This document shows, piece after piece, positions 51,928 to 62,938 of a stretch of 64,000 nt of DNA. The DNA is taken from positions 11,363 through 75,362 of the forward strand of contig DATEHY010000050.1 in the NCBI GenBank assembly GCA_035279325.1. The letters run 5' to 3'. Source of the stretch: Gaiellaceae bacterium (GTDB lineage Bacteria > Actinomycetota > Thermoleophilia > Gaiellales > Gaiellaceae). Position 1 is the stretch's first letter; each line of letters begins with the position of its first letter. The position numbers and the translations under genes were made by a program. The notes beneath the pieces were generated by a model that saw only the letters and a program-made list of their open reading frames with translations, searched no databases and was not told the DNA's origin.

Positions 51928-54618
51928 CTAACGCTTCGTGTCCAGCTCGTCGACCCATTCGGACATCGGGACGTACTCGAAGTCGCCGTTCGCGGACTGC
52001 TCCACTTCGGCCGGAGCCGCATCGGACGCTGCCTCGGCGCCGTTCGTTGCGGCGGCGGGCTTCTTCTTCCGGTTGCGTCCGCCTCGGGAGCCCCGCCGTG
52101 TCTTCTTCTTCGGCTTCGGCGCGTCCTCGGCCTCGGCCGTCGTGGGCTCCTCGGCGGCCTCCGGCTGCGGCTCGGCCTCGGCCGGCGCTTCCTCGACCGG
52201 CTCGACCGTGCCTTCCCGGCCGAGATCCTCGCCGGGGACGTGGATCGTGACGGCGCGCGGCGGCTCGGGCGACAGCTCGGACGCCCCGCCGGCTTCGAGC
52301 TCGGCCTCGGCCGCTTCCGGCGTGGTCGTCTTCTTCTTGCGGTTGCGTCCGCCGCGCGAGCCGCGGCGCGTCTTCTTCTTCGGCTTCGGAGCCTCTTCGA
52401 CCTCCAGCGACTCCTCGACCTCAGGCAGCGACTCCTCGGCCTCGGGCTCGGCGACGACCACCGGCTCGGCTTCGGCCTCGACCGTCGGGGCCGTCGCCGC
52501 GCCCTTTCGCGCGGGCGGCTTGCGGGTCGGCTTCTCGGCCTCGCCCTCCGCCGTGAGCGGCTCGGGCACGTCCTTCGTCTTGCGGGTGAGGACGGCGTAC
52601 GCGCGGCCGTCGAGCACGCGCTCGACGCGCACCTTGAGGCGCTTGCCGACGAGCGAGGCGGCGTCGGCGACGACGACGTCGAGGCCGTCGAGCTTGCCGA
52701 CCGCAGCGGCACCGTCGTAGCGGTCGACCTCCACGATCTGCAGCATGACCTCGGCGTCCTCGCCCACCGGAGCGGTGGGTGCGAGGTCGGCGAGCTTGCC
52801 CTCGCTCAGCACGACGAAGTGGTCGAGGTGCGTCTCGGGCTTGCCCTCCAGGAAGAACCGCTTCTTCGTCACGGCTTCGAGCTCGACGAGCCGCCGGGCG
52901 CCGGGACCGACGAGCGCGCTCGCGATCGTGTCGGCGAGCTCGACCCTGAAGGCCTGCGCCCGCGAGCCCGCCGCGAGCGCGCGCAGCCGCCGCTCGACGT
53001 CGAGCGCCGCGGACGCCTCGGAGTAGACGATCCCGTCACCTCCGCAGGTCGGGCACTTGCGCGTCATCACCTCGCGCGGGCCGTCGGTCACGTTCTGGCG
53101 CGTCATCTCCACCAGCCCGAGCGGCGAGATCTCGACGACGTACGTCTTCGTCCGGTCGCGCTCGAGCTCGGTGCGCAGCGCCTCCTCGACGGTGGCCCGG
53201 TTCTTCGGATTGGCCATGTCGATGAAGTCGATGACGATGATCCCGCCGATGTCGCGCAGCCGCAGCTGGCGGACGACCTCCTTCACCGCCTCGAGGTTGT
53301 TCTTCGTGATCGTGTCCTCGAGCCGGCCGCCCGAGTTCTTCCCGCGGCCGCCGACGAAGCGGCCGGTGTTGACGTCGATGACCGTGAACGCCTCGGCGTA
53401 GTCGAAGATGAGGTAGCCGCCGGAGGGCAGGTCGACACGGCGGCTGATGGTCGACTTGATCTCCTGCTCGACGCCGAACGCCTCGAGCAGCGGGGTCTTC
53501 TCCTTGTAGCGGACGACCCGCTCGACCATGTGCGGCGACGTCTTCTTGAGGTAGCCGACGACGCGCCGGTGCGTGCGCTCGTCGTCGACGTACGCCTTCT
53601 CGAAGTCGCCGGTGAAGAGGTCGCGGACGACGCGCAGCGGCAGCTCGGCCTCCTGGTAGACGAGTTCCGGCGCCTTCGCGGTCTTCGCCTTCGCCTGGAT
53701 CGAGCGCCAGAGGCGCTGCAGGAAGACGAGGTCGCGTTCGATGTCCTCCTCGGACGCGCCTTCGGCGGCGGTGCGGACGATGACGCCGCCCTCCTTCACG
53801 TCGAGGCGCTTGAGGATGTCCTTGAGGCGGGTGCGCTCCTCGTCCTCGAGCCGGCGCGAGACGCCGAGGCCCTCTCCCTGCGGGACGAGGACGACGAAGC
53901 GACCGGGCAGCGAGATCTGCGTCGTGAGCCGCGCGCCCTTCGTCTTCATCGGATCCTTGACGGCCTGGACGAGGATCGTCTGGCCGCGCGAGATCAGATC
54001 CTGGATCTTGCGGCCGTGCCCCCGTTCGAGCTCGGGGCTGACGATCTCGTCGACGTAGAGGAAGCCGTTCTTCTCGAGGCCGATCTCGACGAACGCGGCC
54101 TCCATCCCGGGCAGGACGTTGTCGACGCGGCCGAGGTAGATGTTGCCGGCGATCGAGCGGCGCTCGGGCCGCTCGAGATAGACCTCGGCGACGCGCTCGT
54201 CCTCGAGGATCGCGACGCGGCGCTCGCCGACGTCGACCGAGACGAGCAGCTCGCGCTTCGCGGCGGGAAGCGGCGCCCGGCGCTGCGGCTCGCGGCGCCT
54301 GCGTGACGACTGGTCGCGGCGGCGCTCCTGCCGCTGGGAGAGCTCGCGGCGTTGCGGCTGCTTGGCCGGCTCGGCCTTCTCCTTGCGCGCCGCGTCCTTG
54401 CGTTCCGGCGCGCTCGCGGCGGAGGAGGCGCCGGGCTTCTTGCGTCCCTTGCCACCGCGGCTGCCGCGCCGGCGCTTCGGCTTCGAGGGATCGGTCGGTT
54501 CGGGACCGGCCGCGGAAGCGGCCGGGTCGGTCAGCTGTGGCTCGGGCTTGGCCTCGAGCTCGTCAGGGGTACGTTGGTCGTCGGAAGACTTGTTCTTCCG
54601 GAAGCGGAACCAGGGCAA
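51928..54618 (-). CDS. rne: Ribonuclease E/G family endoribonuclease with Arg/Lys-rich N- and C-terminal extensions
   Basis: S1 domain and catalytic core (IAGNIYLGRVDNVLPGMEAAFVEIG, GGIIVIDFIDM, CPTCGGDG). The TTG start at 54618 is preceded by a GAAGGAG Shine-Dalgarno 7 nt upstream. Confidence 0.92.
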   Translation of the reverse strand: MPWFRFRKNKSSDDQRTPDELEAKPEPQLTDPAASAAGPEPTDPSKPKRRRGSRGGKGRKKPGASSAASAPERKDAARKEKAEPAKQPQRRELSQRQERRRDQSSRRRREPQRRAPLPAAKRELLVSVDVGERRVAILEDERVAEVYLERPERRSIAGNIYLGRVDNVLPGMEAAFVEIGLEKNGFLYVDEIVSPELERGHGRKIQDLISRGQTILVQAVKDPMKTKGARLTTQISLPGRFVVLVPQGEGLGVSRRLEDEERTRLKDILKRLDVKEGGVIVRTAAEGASEEDIERDLVFLQRLWRSIQAKAKTAKAPELVYQEAELPLRVVRDLFTGDFEKAYVDDERTHRRVVGYLKKTSPHMVERVVRYKEKTPLLEAFGVEQEIKSTISRRVDLPSGGYLIFDYAEAFTVIDVNTGRFVGGRGKNSGGRLEDTITKNNLEAVKEVVRQLRLRDIGGIIVIDFIDMANPKNRATVEEALRTELERDRTKTYVVEISPLGLVEMTRQNVTDGPREVMTRKCPTCGGDGIVYSEASAALDVERRLRALAAGSRAQAFRVELADTIASALVGPGARRLVELEAVTKKRFFLEGKPETHLDHFVVLSEGKLADLAPTAPVGEDAEVMLQIVEVDRYDGAAAVGKLDGLDVVVADAASLVGKRLKVRVERVLDGRAYAVLTRKTKDVPEPLTAEGEAEKPTRKPPARKGAATAPTVEAEAEPVVVAEPEAEESLPEVEESLEVEEAPKPKKKTRRGSRGGRNRKKKTTTPEAAEAELEAGGASELSPEPPRAVTIHVPGEDLGREGTVEPVEEAPAEAEPQPEAAEEPTTAEAEDAPKPKKKTRRGSRGGRNRKKKPAAATNGAEAASDAAPAEVEQSANGDFEYVPMSEWVDELDTKR
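52060..52392 (-). repeat. Two copies of a 63-nt module encoding APKPKKKTRRGSRGGRNRKKK in the RNase E C-terminal tail
   Basis: The copies lie at 52060-52122 and 52330-52392, with identical peptides and nearly identical DNA. A related KPKRRRGSRGGKGRKKPG lies in the N-terminal extension. Confidence 0.8.
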
Positions 54619-54638
54619 GTAAAAGCTCCTTCGTGGAA

Positions 54639-54678
54639 GCGCGCGCCGGCGACCCGGATCGTCCGGGTGCGCGCGCGC
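54639..54678. promoter_or_regulatory. GC-rich hairpin immediately upstream of the rne Shine-Dalgarno
   Basis: The core is ACCCGGA-tcg-TCCGGGT, extended by flanking (GC)n runs that pair with two bulges. It fills most of the 69-nt gap between rne and the divergent small ORF. Confidence 0.4.
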
Positions 54679-54687
54679 TCGTTGTCA

Positions 54688-54990
54688 ATGAAAAGGCTCG
54701 GCATGGCCTATGTCGCCAGGGTAGCAACCGCTCCCGCCGGGTCCGTCCGAGCCCGGACCTACGATCCGGCCATTCACGACCGGGAGGTGAAAGCGGTAGT
54801 GGCGATGCGTGAGGCCGAAGAGCTCCTGCTGATCGAAGAGGCGGATGCATGGTTCGAGTACCTCGAGGCGACCCGGAGCCAGTCGGAGAGCCGCTACCAC
54901 GAGATCGAGCCCTGGGCGTGGGCCCGTCTGTCGCAGCGCCTGCGGGCGATCAGGGCGCGGCGGGCGAGGCTGCGGCCCGCGGCCGCGTAG
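54688..54990 (+). CDS. Small helical hypothetical protein (63-100 aa; start uncertain)
   Basis: REAEELLLIEEADAWFEYLEATRSQSESRYHEIEPWAWARLSQRLRAIRARRARL. By hand count GC3 is about 92 % in the distal 59 codons but only about 73 % in the first 41. A GTG at 54799 or an ATG at 54805 may be the real start. Confidence 0.5.
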   Translation: MKRLGMAYVARVATAPAGSVRARTYDPAIHDREVKAVVAMREAEELLLIEEADAWFEYLEATRSQSESRYHEIEPWAWARLSQRLRAIRARRARLRPAAA

Positions 54991-55768
54991 CCGGGAGCGC
55001 GAACCGTTTGCGGGCCGCCTCGCCTACGGCCCTCGTGCCGGCGTAGGCCAGCGTTCCCTTCACGGCCCAGCCCGCGAAGGGGACGAGATCGAGCAGCTCG
55101 CGTGCCAGGGCACGCAGCCCGAACGCGGCGCCGAGCGTCGCCGCCAGCTCGGGCAGCAGCTCGCGACCGGAGCCGGCACCGTGGGCCTGCGCGAGGCGGG
55201 ATACGAGCCGGAGCTCGTTGAGCGCGAGCACCGGCAGATCGGCGCCTGGGATCCAGATCGCGGCGGCGAGCGCGCCGTTCTTCCGCGAGAAGGACGACAC
55301 GAGCTGTCCGCACACCGCCTCACGCAGCAGCGGAACGCGAGCCGCGAGCGGCGCGCCGCCCTCGCCCAGGCGTGCGGCGATCGCGTGCGCGATCTCCTCG
55401 AGCGGGAAGCTCTCGCCGGCGTGCAACCGGACGACGTCGGTCGCGAGGACGTACGGAACCTGCGTTCCGCTCCGCGCCGGGCCGGGGGCGACCGCGATCG
55501 CGGGCACATGCGCCCGCCACGCCCGCCGCAACACCGCCTCGTCCTCCTCGTCGGCGTCGCAGGCGAGGACGTGCACGTACACGTCGGCACCCTCGGGACC
55601 GCCGAGGCGCACGGCTCCCGGCTCCGCCCGGCCGCGCAGGAATTGCTGGCGCAGCACCGGCGCGAGCTCGGCCGCCCCGCCGACGGCGAGCACGTGCTCG
55701 CCCTCGCCCGAGGACTCGATCTCCTTGAGCAGCTTCCGGATCGCCCCGGCCGAGACCGGCAGCGGCAT
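54950..55768 (-). CDS. Hypothetical protein with a DUF697-like C-terminal region, last gene of the mre/rodA operon
   Basis: LNELRLVSRLAQAHG...GLRALARELLDLVPFAGWAVKGTLAYAGTRAVGEAA resembles DUF697. The start overlaps the rodA stop by 1 nt. Confidence 0.45.
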   Translation of the reverse strand: MPLPVSAGAIRKLLKEIESSGEGEHVLAVGGAAELAPVLRQQFLRGRAEPGAVRLGGPEGADVYVHVLACDADEEDEAVLRRAWRAHVPAIAVAPGPARSGTQVPYVLATDVVRLHAGESFPLEEIAHAIAARLGEGGAPLAARVPLLREAVCGQLVSSFSRKNGALAAAIWIPGADLPVLALNELRLVSRLAQAHGAGSGRELLPELAATLGAAFGLRALARELLDLVPFAGWAVKGTLAYAGTRAVGEAARKRFALPATRPRAAASPAAP

Positions 55769-56961
55769 CAGCGTCGGCGCGAGTAGCGCGAGACGCGGCC
55801 GCGCGCGTGGATCGCGAGCAGGACGCCCATCGCGGCGAGGTTAGCGATCAGCGACGAGCCGCCGACGCTGACGAACGGCAAGGGGATGCCCGTGATCGGC
55901 GCGATTCCCATCGTCATGCCCACGTTGACGAAGATCTGGAAGAGGAGGGCGACGACGATCCCGCCGGCGACGACGGCCGAGAAGAGGTCGCGTGCGACGG
56001 TGATCACGCGCAGGCCGCGCCAGAGCACGAGGAGGTAGAGCCCGAGCAGAAGCGCCGCCCCGACGAACCCGCGCTGCTCGGCGAAGCCGGCCATCGCGAA
56101 GTCGGTCTGGCTCTCGGGCAGGAAGCCGAGCTTGACCTGGCTCGAGCCGTTCGGGCCGCGCCCCCAGATCTGCCCCGAGCCGACGGCCGTGATCGAGTTG
56201 TCGAGGTTGTAGCCCGCCGCGGCCGGGCACTTCGCCGGGTGCGTGAAGCAGGTCAGACGCTGCTGCTGATAGCTCTTGAGCACGTTGACGCCCGCCGCTG
56301 GACCGGCCCACAGGACGCCGACGACGACGAGCACGACGACGGCCCCGAGCGCCGAGAGGTGCCGCCACGGGATCCCCGCGACGAACAGCATCCCGCCGAG
56401 GGCCGCGAGGTAGACGAGGGCCGTGCCGAGGTCGGGCTGGGCGAAGACGAGCAGCACGGGGACGAGGCCGAACCCGACGACGCGCAGCGTGGTTCTCCAG
56501 GAGCCCGCCGCACTCTGCCGCTCGGCGAGCAGCCCCGCGAGCGCGAGCACGAACAGGAGCTTTCCGAACTCCGACGGCTGGAAGGTGAAGAAGCCGAGGC
56601 TGATCCAGCGGGTCGATCCGCGTGCCGCGTGCCCGACGAGCAGCACGAAGGCGATCACGACCGCGGTGCCGACGAAGATCCCACGCCAGTAGCGGCGGTA
56701 GAGATCCGGATCGACGAGCGCCGCGCCGACGAGCACCACGCCGCCGACGCAGGCGTACAGGATCTGGCGGTTGAGGTAGTAGGTCGGATCGTTCGGGAGC
56801 GCGAACTTCGTGATCCCGGCGACGGCCCAGAGCCCGACGACGACGAGCGCCGCGACGGCGGCGAGCAGGATCCAGTCGAGCGAGCGGACGACCGCGAGCG
56901 GGTGTGGAGCGTCGCGCTCGGCGCGAACTCCTGACCGTTGTGAGCCTGCGTATTCGAGCAT
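55768..56961 (-). CDS. rodA: SEDS-family peptidoglycan glycosyltransferase RodA
   Basis: FtsW/RodA/SpoVE pattern (FQPSEFGKLLFVLALAG, FAEQRGFVGA, TGIPLPFVSVGGSS), directly after mrdA. Confidence 0.9.
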   Translation of the reverse strand: MLEYAGSQRSGVRAERDAPHPLAVVRSLDWILLAAVAALVVVGLWAVAGITKFALPNDPTYYLNRQILYACVGGVVLVGAALVDPDLYRRYWRGIFVGTAVVIAFVLLVGHAARGSTRWISLGFFTFQPSEFGKLLFVLALAGLLAERQSAAGSWRTTLRVVGFGLVPVLLVFAQPDLGTALVYLAALGGMLFVAGIPWRHLSALGAVVVLVVVGVLWAGPAAGVNVLKSYQQQRLTCFTHPAKCPAAAGYNLDNSITAVGSGQIWGRGPNGSSQVKLGFLPESQTDFAMAGFAEQRGFVGAALLLGLYLLVLWRGLRVITVARDLFSAVVAGGIVVALLFQIFVNVGMTMGIAPITGIPLPFVSVGGSSLIANLAAMGVLLAIHARGRVSRYSRRR

Positions 56962-58973
56962 CAGTCGGAATGGATGGGGAACCCGGTCGGAGGAACCCGG
57001 ACCTTGAAGTAGCTCGAGAAGACCCGCTCGGCCGTCGGCGCAGCGGCCGAGCCGCCCTCTCCGCCGTTCTCGATCACGGCGCAGACGACGAGCTTCGCAT
57101 CATCCGCCGGACCATAGCCGCACCACCAGGACTGATCCTTCTCACCCGTATAGCCCGGGACGCTCACGTCCTTCTGCGCCGTTCCCGTCTTGCCCGCGAT
57201 CCGGACGGGGAAGTTGCCGAAGACGCCGTACGAGGTGCCGAACGAGTCCTGCGTCCCCTCGAGGAGACCCTGCTTGACGACGTCGAGGTTCGCGGGATCG
57301 AGACCCGGGACCGGCCGTGGCGCCGGCGCGGCGGCGGTCGGCACGATCGTCCCGTTCGGGTTCTCGACGTCCTTGAGGATGTGCGGCGTGACGAGCTTCC
57401 CGCCGTTCGCGATCGCCGCATAGAACCGCGCCATCTGAAGCGGCGTCACGAGCAGGAAGCCCTGGCCGATCGCGAGGTTCAGCGAGTCGCCGGGGTTCCA
57501 GATTCGGTCGACCCGCCAGTTCGGATCGTTGGCCTTCGTCCACGTGCGTTGCTTCCAGCCGATCGTCGGCACGAGACCGGACGACTGCGGCCCGAGATCG
57601 CTGCCGCTCGTCTTCCCGAACCCGAAGGCTCGCGCCCACTTCTGCATGGGTTGGCCGCGCTTGGCCGGCAGGTTGTAGAACTTGTTCCCGACGCGGTAGA
57701 AGTACGTGTCGCACGACTGGGCGATCGCCGTCGGCAGGTCCATCCCCTGGTCGACGAACGGGTCCCAGTTGTGCCAGACGCGATGCGAATTGTCCTGCGG
57801 AGAGACGTACGTGCCCGTGCAGGGGTAGAACTTGTACGGGCTGATCAGGTGCTCCTGAAGTGCCGCGATCGCCGTGAGCGGCTTGAAGGTCGAGCCCGGC
57901 GGATACGTGCCGTCGACCGCGCGATCGACTGCGGGATGGTTCATCTCGAAGGCCGACTTCCCGATCAGTCCCTGCGCCGCGAGCTTCCGGTTCGTGACGC
58001 GGCCGCTGTAGACGGACGGGTCGAACGTCGGAGCCGAGGCGAGCGCGAGGATCGCCCCGTTCCGCGGGTTGAGCGCGACGACCGCGCCGCCGTCCGCCGC
58101 CCACTGGCCCTGGTTGCGGGCGAGCTGGATGCCGTACTGGAGCGCGTTCTGCGAGGCGATCTGCAGGCGCGCGTTGATCGTGAGCCTCACGGTCTCGCCG
58201 ATCTGCGGCGCGGTCGTGAGGAGGCGCGGGCTGCGGGGACGGCCGAGCGAGTCGACCTTGACGCGTGCCTCGCCGGGAACGCCGCGCAGGAATCTGTTGA
58301 ACGCCGCCTCGATCCCGGTCAGGCCGATCACCTGTCCGGCCGAGTGCGTGTTCTGGCCGTCGTAGCCGAGCAGTTGCGCCGCGACCGATCCGTGCGGATA
58401 ACGGCGGATGTAGCTCCGAGCCAGGGTCACCCCTGGGAAGGTGCCGGCCCGTTCCTCGAGGTAGGTCTGCATCGGCCTCGTCGCCTGCGTGCGGACGACG
58501 ACCGGGTCGAGCATGTCGTTGGCGACCCTGCGCTCGACGACCAGCTTGCTCAGCCGACGCACCGAGACGCGGGCGACCTGCGCGAGCTTGCGGATCTCGG
58601 CGACTCGTTGCCGATAGTCCTTCGGCAGGCTCGACGGATAGAGCTCGACCGAGGTGACGGGCTGATTCGTGACGAGCACCCTCCCCGTGCTGTCGAGAAT
58701 CGGCCCGCGCGGCGCCTGGACGCTCACCGTGCGGACGTGGTTCGCCTGCGCCTGGGCGGCGTAGTGCGTTCCCGCGAGGACCTGCAAGGCCCACAGCCGC
58801 ATCAGGAGGGCCGCGAAGCCGATCACGACGAGCGCTCCCAGCAGCGCGACGCGCCGCGCGAGCTTCGGCGTCAGCCGGTACGGCTCGACGGAGATCGTCT
58901 CGCCGTCGGGTTCCTCCTCGCGCGCTCGTCTCGACCGCAGCCACGCAGGCGGACGGGTCGTGGTGCTAGCCAA
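56961..58973 (-). CDS. mrdA: Penicillin-binding protein 2 (elongasome transpeptidase)
   Basis: N-terminal TM segment, SxxK as GSTFKPL, and KTG as AGKTGTAQ. The start is uncertain: a TTG at 58973 overlaps the mreD stop, and an alternative ATG lies at 59000. Confidence 0.9.
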   Translation of the reverse strand: MASTTTRPPAWLRSRRAREEEPDGETISVEPYRLTPKLARRVALLGALVVIGFAALLMRLWALQVLAGTHYAAQAQANHVRTVSVQAPRGPILDSTGRVLVTNQPVTSVELYPSSLPKDYRQRVAEIRKLAQVARVSVRRLSKLVVERRVANDMLDPVVVRTQATRPMQTYLEERAGTFPGVTLARSYIRRYPHGSVAAQLLGYDGQNTHSAGQVIGLTGIEAAFNRFLRGVPGEARVKVDSLGRPRSPRLLTTAPQIGETVRLTINARLQIASQNALQYGIQLARNQGQWAADGGAVVALNPRNGAILALASAPTFDPSVYSGRVTNRKLAAQGLIGKSAFEMNHPAVDRAVDGTYPPGSTFKPLTAIAALQEHLISPYKFYPCTGTYVSPQDNSHRVWHNWDPFVDQGMDLPTAIAQSCDTYFYRVGNKFYNLPAKRGQPMQKWARAFGFGKTSGSDLGPQSSGLVPTIGWKQRTWTKANDPNWRVDRIWNPGDSLNLAIGQGFLLVTPLQMARFYAAIANGGKLVTPHILKDVENPNGTIVPTAAAPAPRPVPGLDPANLDVVKQGLLEGTQDSFGTSYGVFGNFPVRIAGKTGTAQKDVSVPGYTGEKDQSWWCGYGPADDAKLVVCAVIENGGEGGSAAAPTAERVFSSYFKVRVPPTGFPIHSD

Positions 58974-59490
58974 GGAGCTGCACCTCCGCCGACAGCTCAT
59001 CCCGCCGCGCCGGACGCAGCAGGCGCCGCACGAGCGCATAGAGCGGCCCCGTGAGGATCAGGTTGAGCACGATCGCGGGAAGGAGGCTCCGGACGACCGC
59101 TCCGGCCGGCGCGCTCTCGGCGAGCACGAAGTGCACGACGAGCAGCCCGAACTGGTAGAGGACGGTCACGACGGCGACCGAGAGGTACGGCGCGTGCGCG
59201 CGGTCGCGGCCCGTCGTCTCCCCGTACCGCCCGATCCAGTAGCCCGCGAGGGTGAGGACGAGCGACGTGAGACCGAGCGTGCCGAGCGACGCGGTGTCGA
59301 CGAGGAGCCCCGCGAAGAAGCCTCCCACCGCGCCCGCGACGCTGCCGCGCAGGAGGGCGAAGACGACGAGCGAGACGAGTAGGACGTCCGGGACGGCGCC
59401 GAAGACGTGCAGCTGGGAGAAGATCGAGACTTGCACGATCGCCGCCACGAAGAGCAAGGCGGCGGCCTTGGCGCCGTCGGCGAAGGTCAT
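58966..59490 (-). CDS. mreD: Rod shape-determining protein MreD
   Basis: A 174-aa polytopic membrane protein lying between mreC and mrdA. Confidence 0.8.
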   Translation of the reverse strand: MTFADGAKAAALLFVAAIVQVSIFSQLHVFGAVPDVLLVSLVVFALLRGSVAGAVGGFFAGLLVDTASLGTLGLTSLVLTLAGYWIGRYGETTGRDRAHAPYLSVAVVTVLYQFGLLVVHFVLAESAPAGAVVRSLLPAIVLNLILTGPLYALVRRLLRPARRDELSAEVQLLG

Positions 59491-60422
59491 CGACGCGACT
59501 TCTTCGGGACGAGCACCCCGACCGCGTTCAGTGAGCTGATGTTGGCGAAGGGCTGAACCTGGACCTGGAGGTACGGCTCGGTGTCCTCGGCGCTCACATT
59601 GGCAACTCGCCCGATCGGAATCCCGTACGGATAGAGATCCGGGAACTGCGCGTTGCTCGTCCCCGCGGTGACGAGCACATCTTGCTTCTTCACCCTGAGC
59701 TGCTTTTGCACGTAGTCGAGGATGAGACTCCCACCCGTCCCCATGTGGATCGTCCCGTGCACCCGAGTCTTGAGATCGAACGCGGCCACGTAGGTCGACG
59801 GGTCGGTGAGAAGCCTCACGACCGCCGTGTGCGGGGAGACGTTGGAGACGATCCCGACGAGCCCATAGCCGCTCACGACGGGCGAGTCCTCACGCACTCC
59901 TGACGTCGAGCCCGCGGCGATCGTGAGCGAATGGGCGAAGACGCCGCTCGGGTACGAGATGACCGCCGTGTTGACCGCCCGGTAGCCGCTCGGGTACGTG
60001 CGGCCTTGCTCGAAATCGAGCAGCTTCTTGTACTGCGCCGCCTGCACCGCAAGCGCCCGGTTCGCGATCGCTTCCGCGCGGACCTTCGCGTACTGCCGCT
60101 TGAGCCGCGCATTCTCCGACTTCAAGCCGGAGAGGCTGTCGAGGTAGTCGTACGCGTCGCGAAACGGCTGCGCGACCCGGGTCGCGGCGATCTGGAAGGG
60201 GCGCAACGCGGTCGAGCCGGCGCCCTGGAGGCCGTGCAGCGCTCCCGAGGTCGGCGAGCGGAACGCGATCGTGACGAGCGTCAACGCCAGCAGGACCAGG
60301 ACGACGACGACCGCCCTGCGGATGAGCGCGCTGCGAGCCTTCGAAGGGTACGGGGTCGGCTTCGAGCGCTGGACCGACGAGGCGAGCACCGCCGCGCGCG
60401 CGCTGCGACTGGGTGGAGCCAC
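59487..60422 (-). CDS. mreC: Rod shape-determining protein MreC
   Basis: TM segment, then coiled coil (LKSENARLKRQYAKVRAEA), then beta domains (GYGLVGIVSNVSPHTAVVRLLTD, YPYGIPIGRV). Confidence 0.88.
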   Translation of the reverse strand: MAPPSRSARAAVLASSVQRSKPTPYPSKARSALIRRAVVVVLVLLALTLVTIAFRSPTSGALHGLQGAGSTALRPFQIAATRVAQPFRDAYDYLDSLSGLKSENARLKRQYAKVRAEAIANRALAVQAAQYKKLLDFEQGRTYPSGYRAVNTAVISYPSGVFAHSLTIAAGSTSGVREDSPVVSGYGLVGIVSNVSPHTAVVRLLTDPSTYVAAFDLKTRVHGTIHMGTGGSLILDYVQKQLRVKKQDVLVTAGTSNAQFPDLYPYGIPIGRVANVSAEDTEPYLQVQVQPFANISSLNAVGVLVPKKSRR

Positions 60423-60477
60423 CGAGACAGGTTACCGCGGTATCCGGTTCGCGGGCGCACCGCGGGCCACCGAGCCG

Positions 60478-61965
<1,488 letters not shown>

Positions 61966-61969
<4 letters not shown>

Positions 61970-62817
61970 GGCAACGAATCGACGAAGTCCCGGATCGCCG
62001 CGAGGCAGGCATCCGGCCGTTCTCCGATGAGGAGGTGACCGCAGCCGGCGATCGTCCGTAGCGGCGCACGCAGGCGCCGGGCGTACTCCATGCCGTCCTC
62101 GGGCCGAACCCAGTTGTCGCTCGCCCCCCAAAGGCACAGGCAAGGGCACGTCACGCGGTCGAGCTCGCCCCGCGGATCCGAGACGAGCAGTGCTCGACCC
62201 GCCTGGCGCACGTCCGTGTGATGCGCAGGACCGACGAGAAACGCCTCGGCCTGCTCGGGATCGAGCCCGTCGGGATCGGCCACGCCCCACCAACCGAACG
62301 CCGCGCGCCGACCGAGCCGCGAGCGTGCCCAGGCTCCGCGGTGCGGAGCGATCAGGCGCCCGGGCCTGGCAACACCGAGCAGCGCGAGCGTCACCTCCGC
62401 GGCACGCGAGGCGGAGCCGATGCCCGCAGCCGCCGCGAGGACGATCCCGCGGACCACGTCGGGACGGCGCACCGCGGCCCGGAGCGAGACGACCCCACCG
62501 AGCGAGTGGCCGATCCATACGGCGCGGCGGATCTCCTCGGCTTCGGCGATCGCCACGACGGCGTCGGCCAGCGAGTCGAGGTCGCGGGCCTCGGGCAGCG
62601 GGGCGGAGTGGCCGTGTCCCGGAAGGTCGGGGACGACGACGCGATGGCTCGCCGCGAGCGGCGGGGCGAGGGCACGCCAGTTCTCGATCGTCCCGCCGAG
62701 CCCGTGGACGAGCACGAGTGGCGGACCGGCGCCTCCGACCGCGTAGCGAAGCGGCGTTTCGCGCCACTCGAGCCGCCGCTCCCCGAATCCCGCCAACCGG
62801 TGTTTGCCGTCTGTCAC
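61966..62817 (-). CDS. Alpha/beta-fold hydrolase
   Basis: LVLVHGLGG, nucleophile elbow GHSLGG, and a C-terminal CGHLL. I prefer the GTG at 62817, because the 24 extra codons up to the track TTG start at 62889 have only about 62 % GC3. Confidence 0.8.
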
Positions 62818-62833
62818 CAGTGAGGCATATTCT
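62804..62833 (+). promoter_or_regulatory. Candidate promoter TTGCCG, 18 nt spacer, TATTCT. It overlaps a divergent GAATAT box for the hydrolase.
   Basis: Read directly from the sequence. TATTCT is the same hexamer as the hsp20 -10 box. A minus-strand GAATAT (62832-62827) lies 9 nt upstream of the hydrolase GTG. Confidence 0.35.
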
Positions 62834-62905
62834 TCGTGCCAATGGATGCTTCTGTAGGGCGGGCAGAGTGATGTCCGCGAAGACCACAAGCGAGGGTGCG
62901 ACCTA

Positions 62906-62938
62906 ACCCGCCAGCGCGATGCGCGCGGCGGGTTTTTT
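62906..62938 (+). terminator. Canonical intrinsic terminator: 12-bp GC stem, 3-nt loop, T6 tract
   Basis: ACCCGCC(a)GCGCG-atg-CGCGCGGCGGGT is followed by TTTTTT. This is the only T6 run I noticed in the window. On the minus strand only TT follows the stem. Confidence 0.7.
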
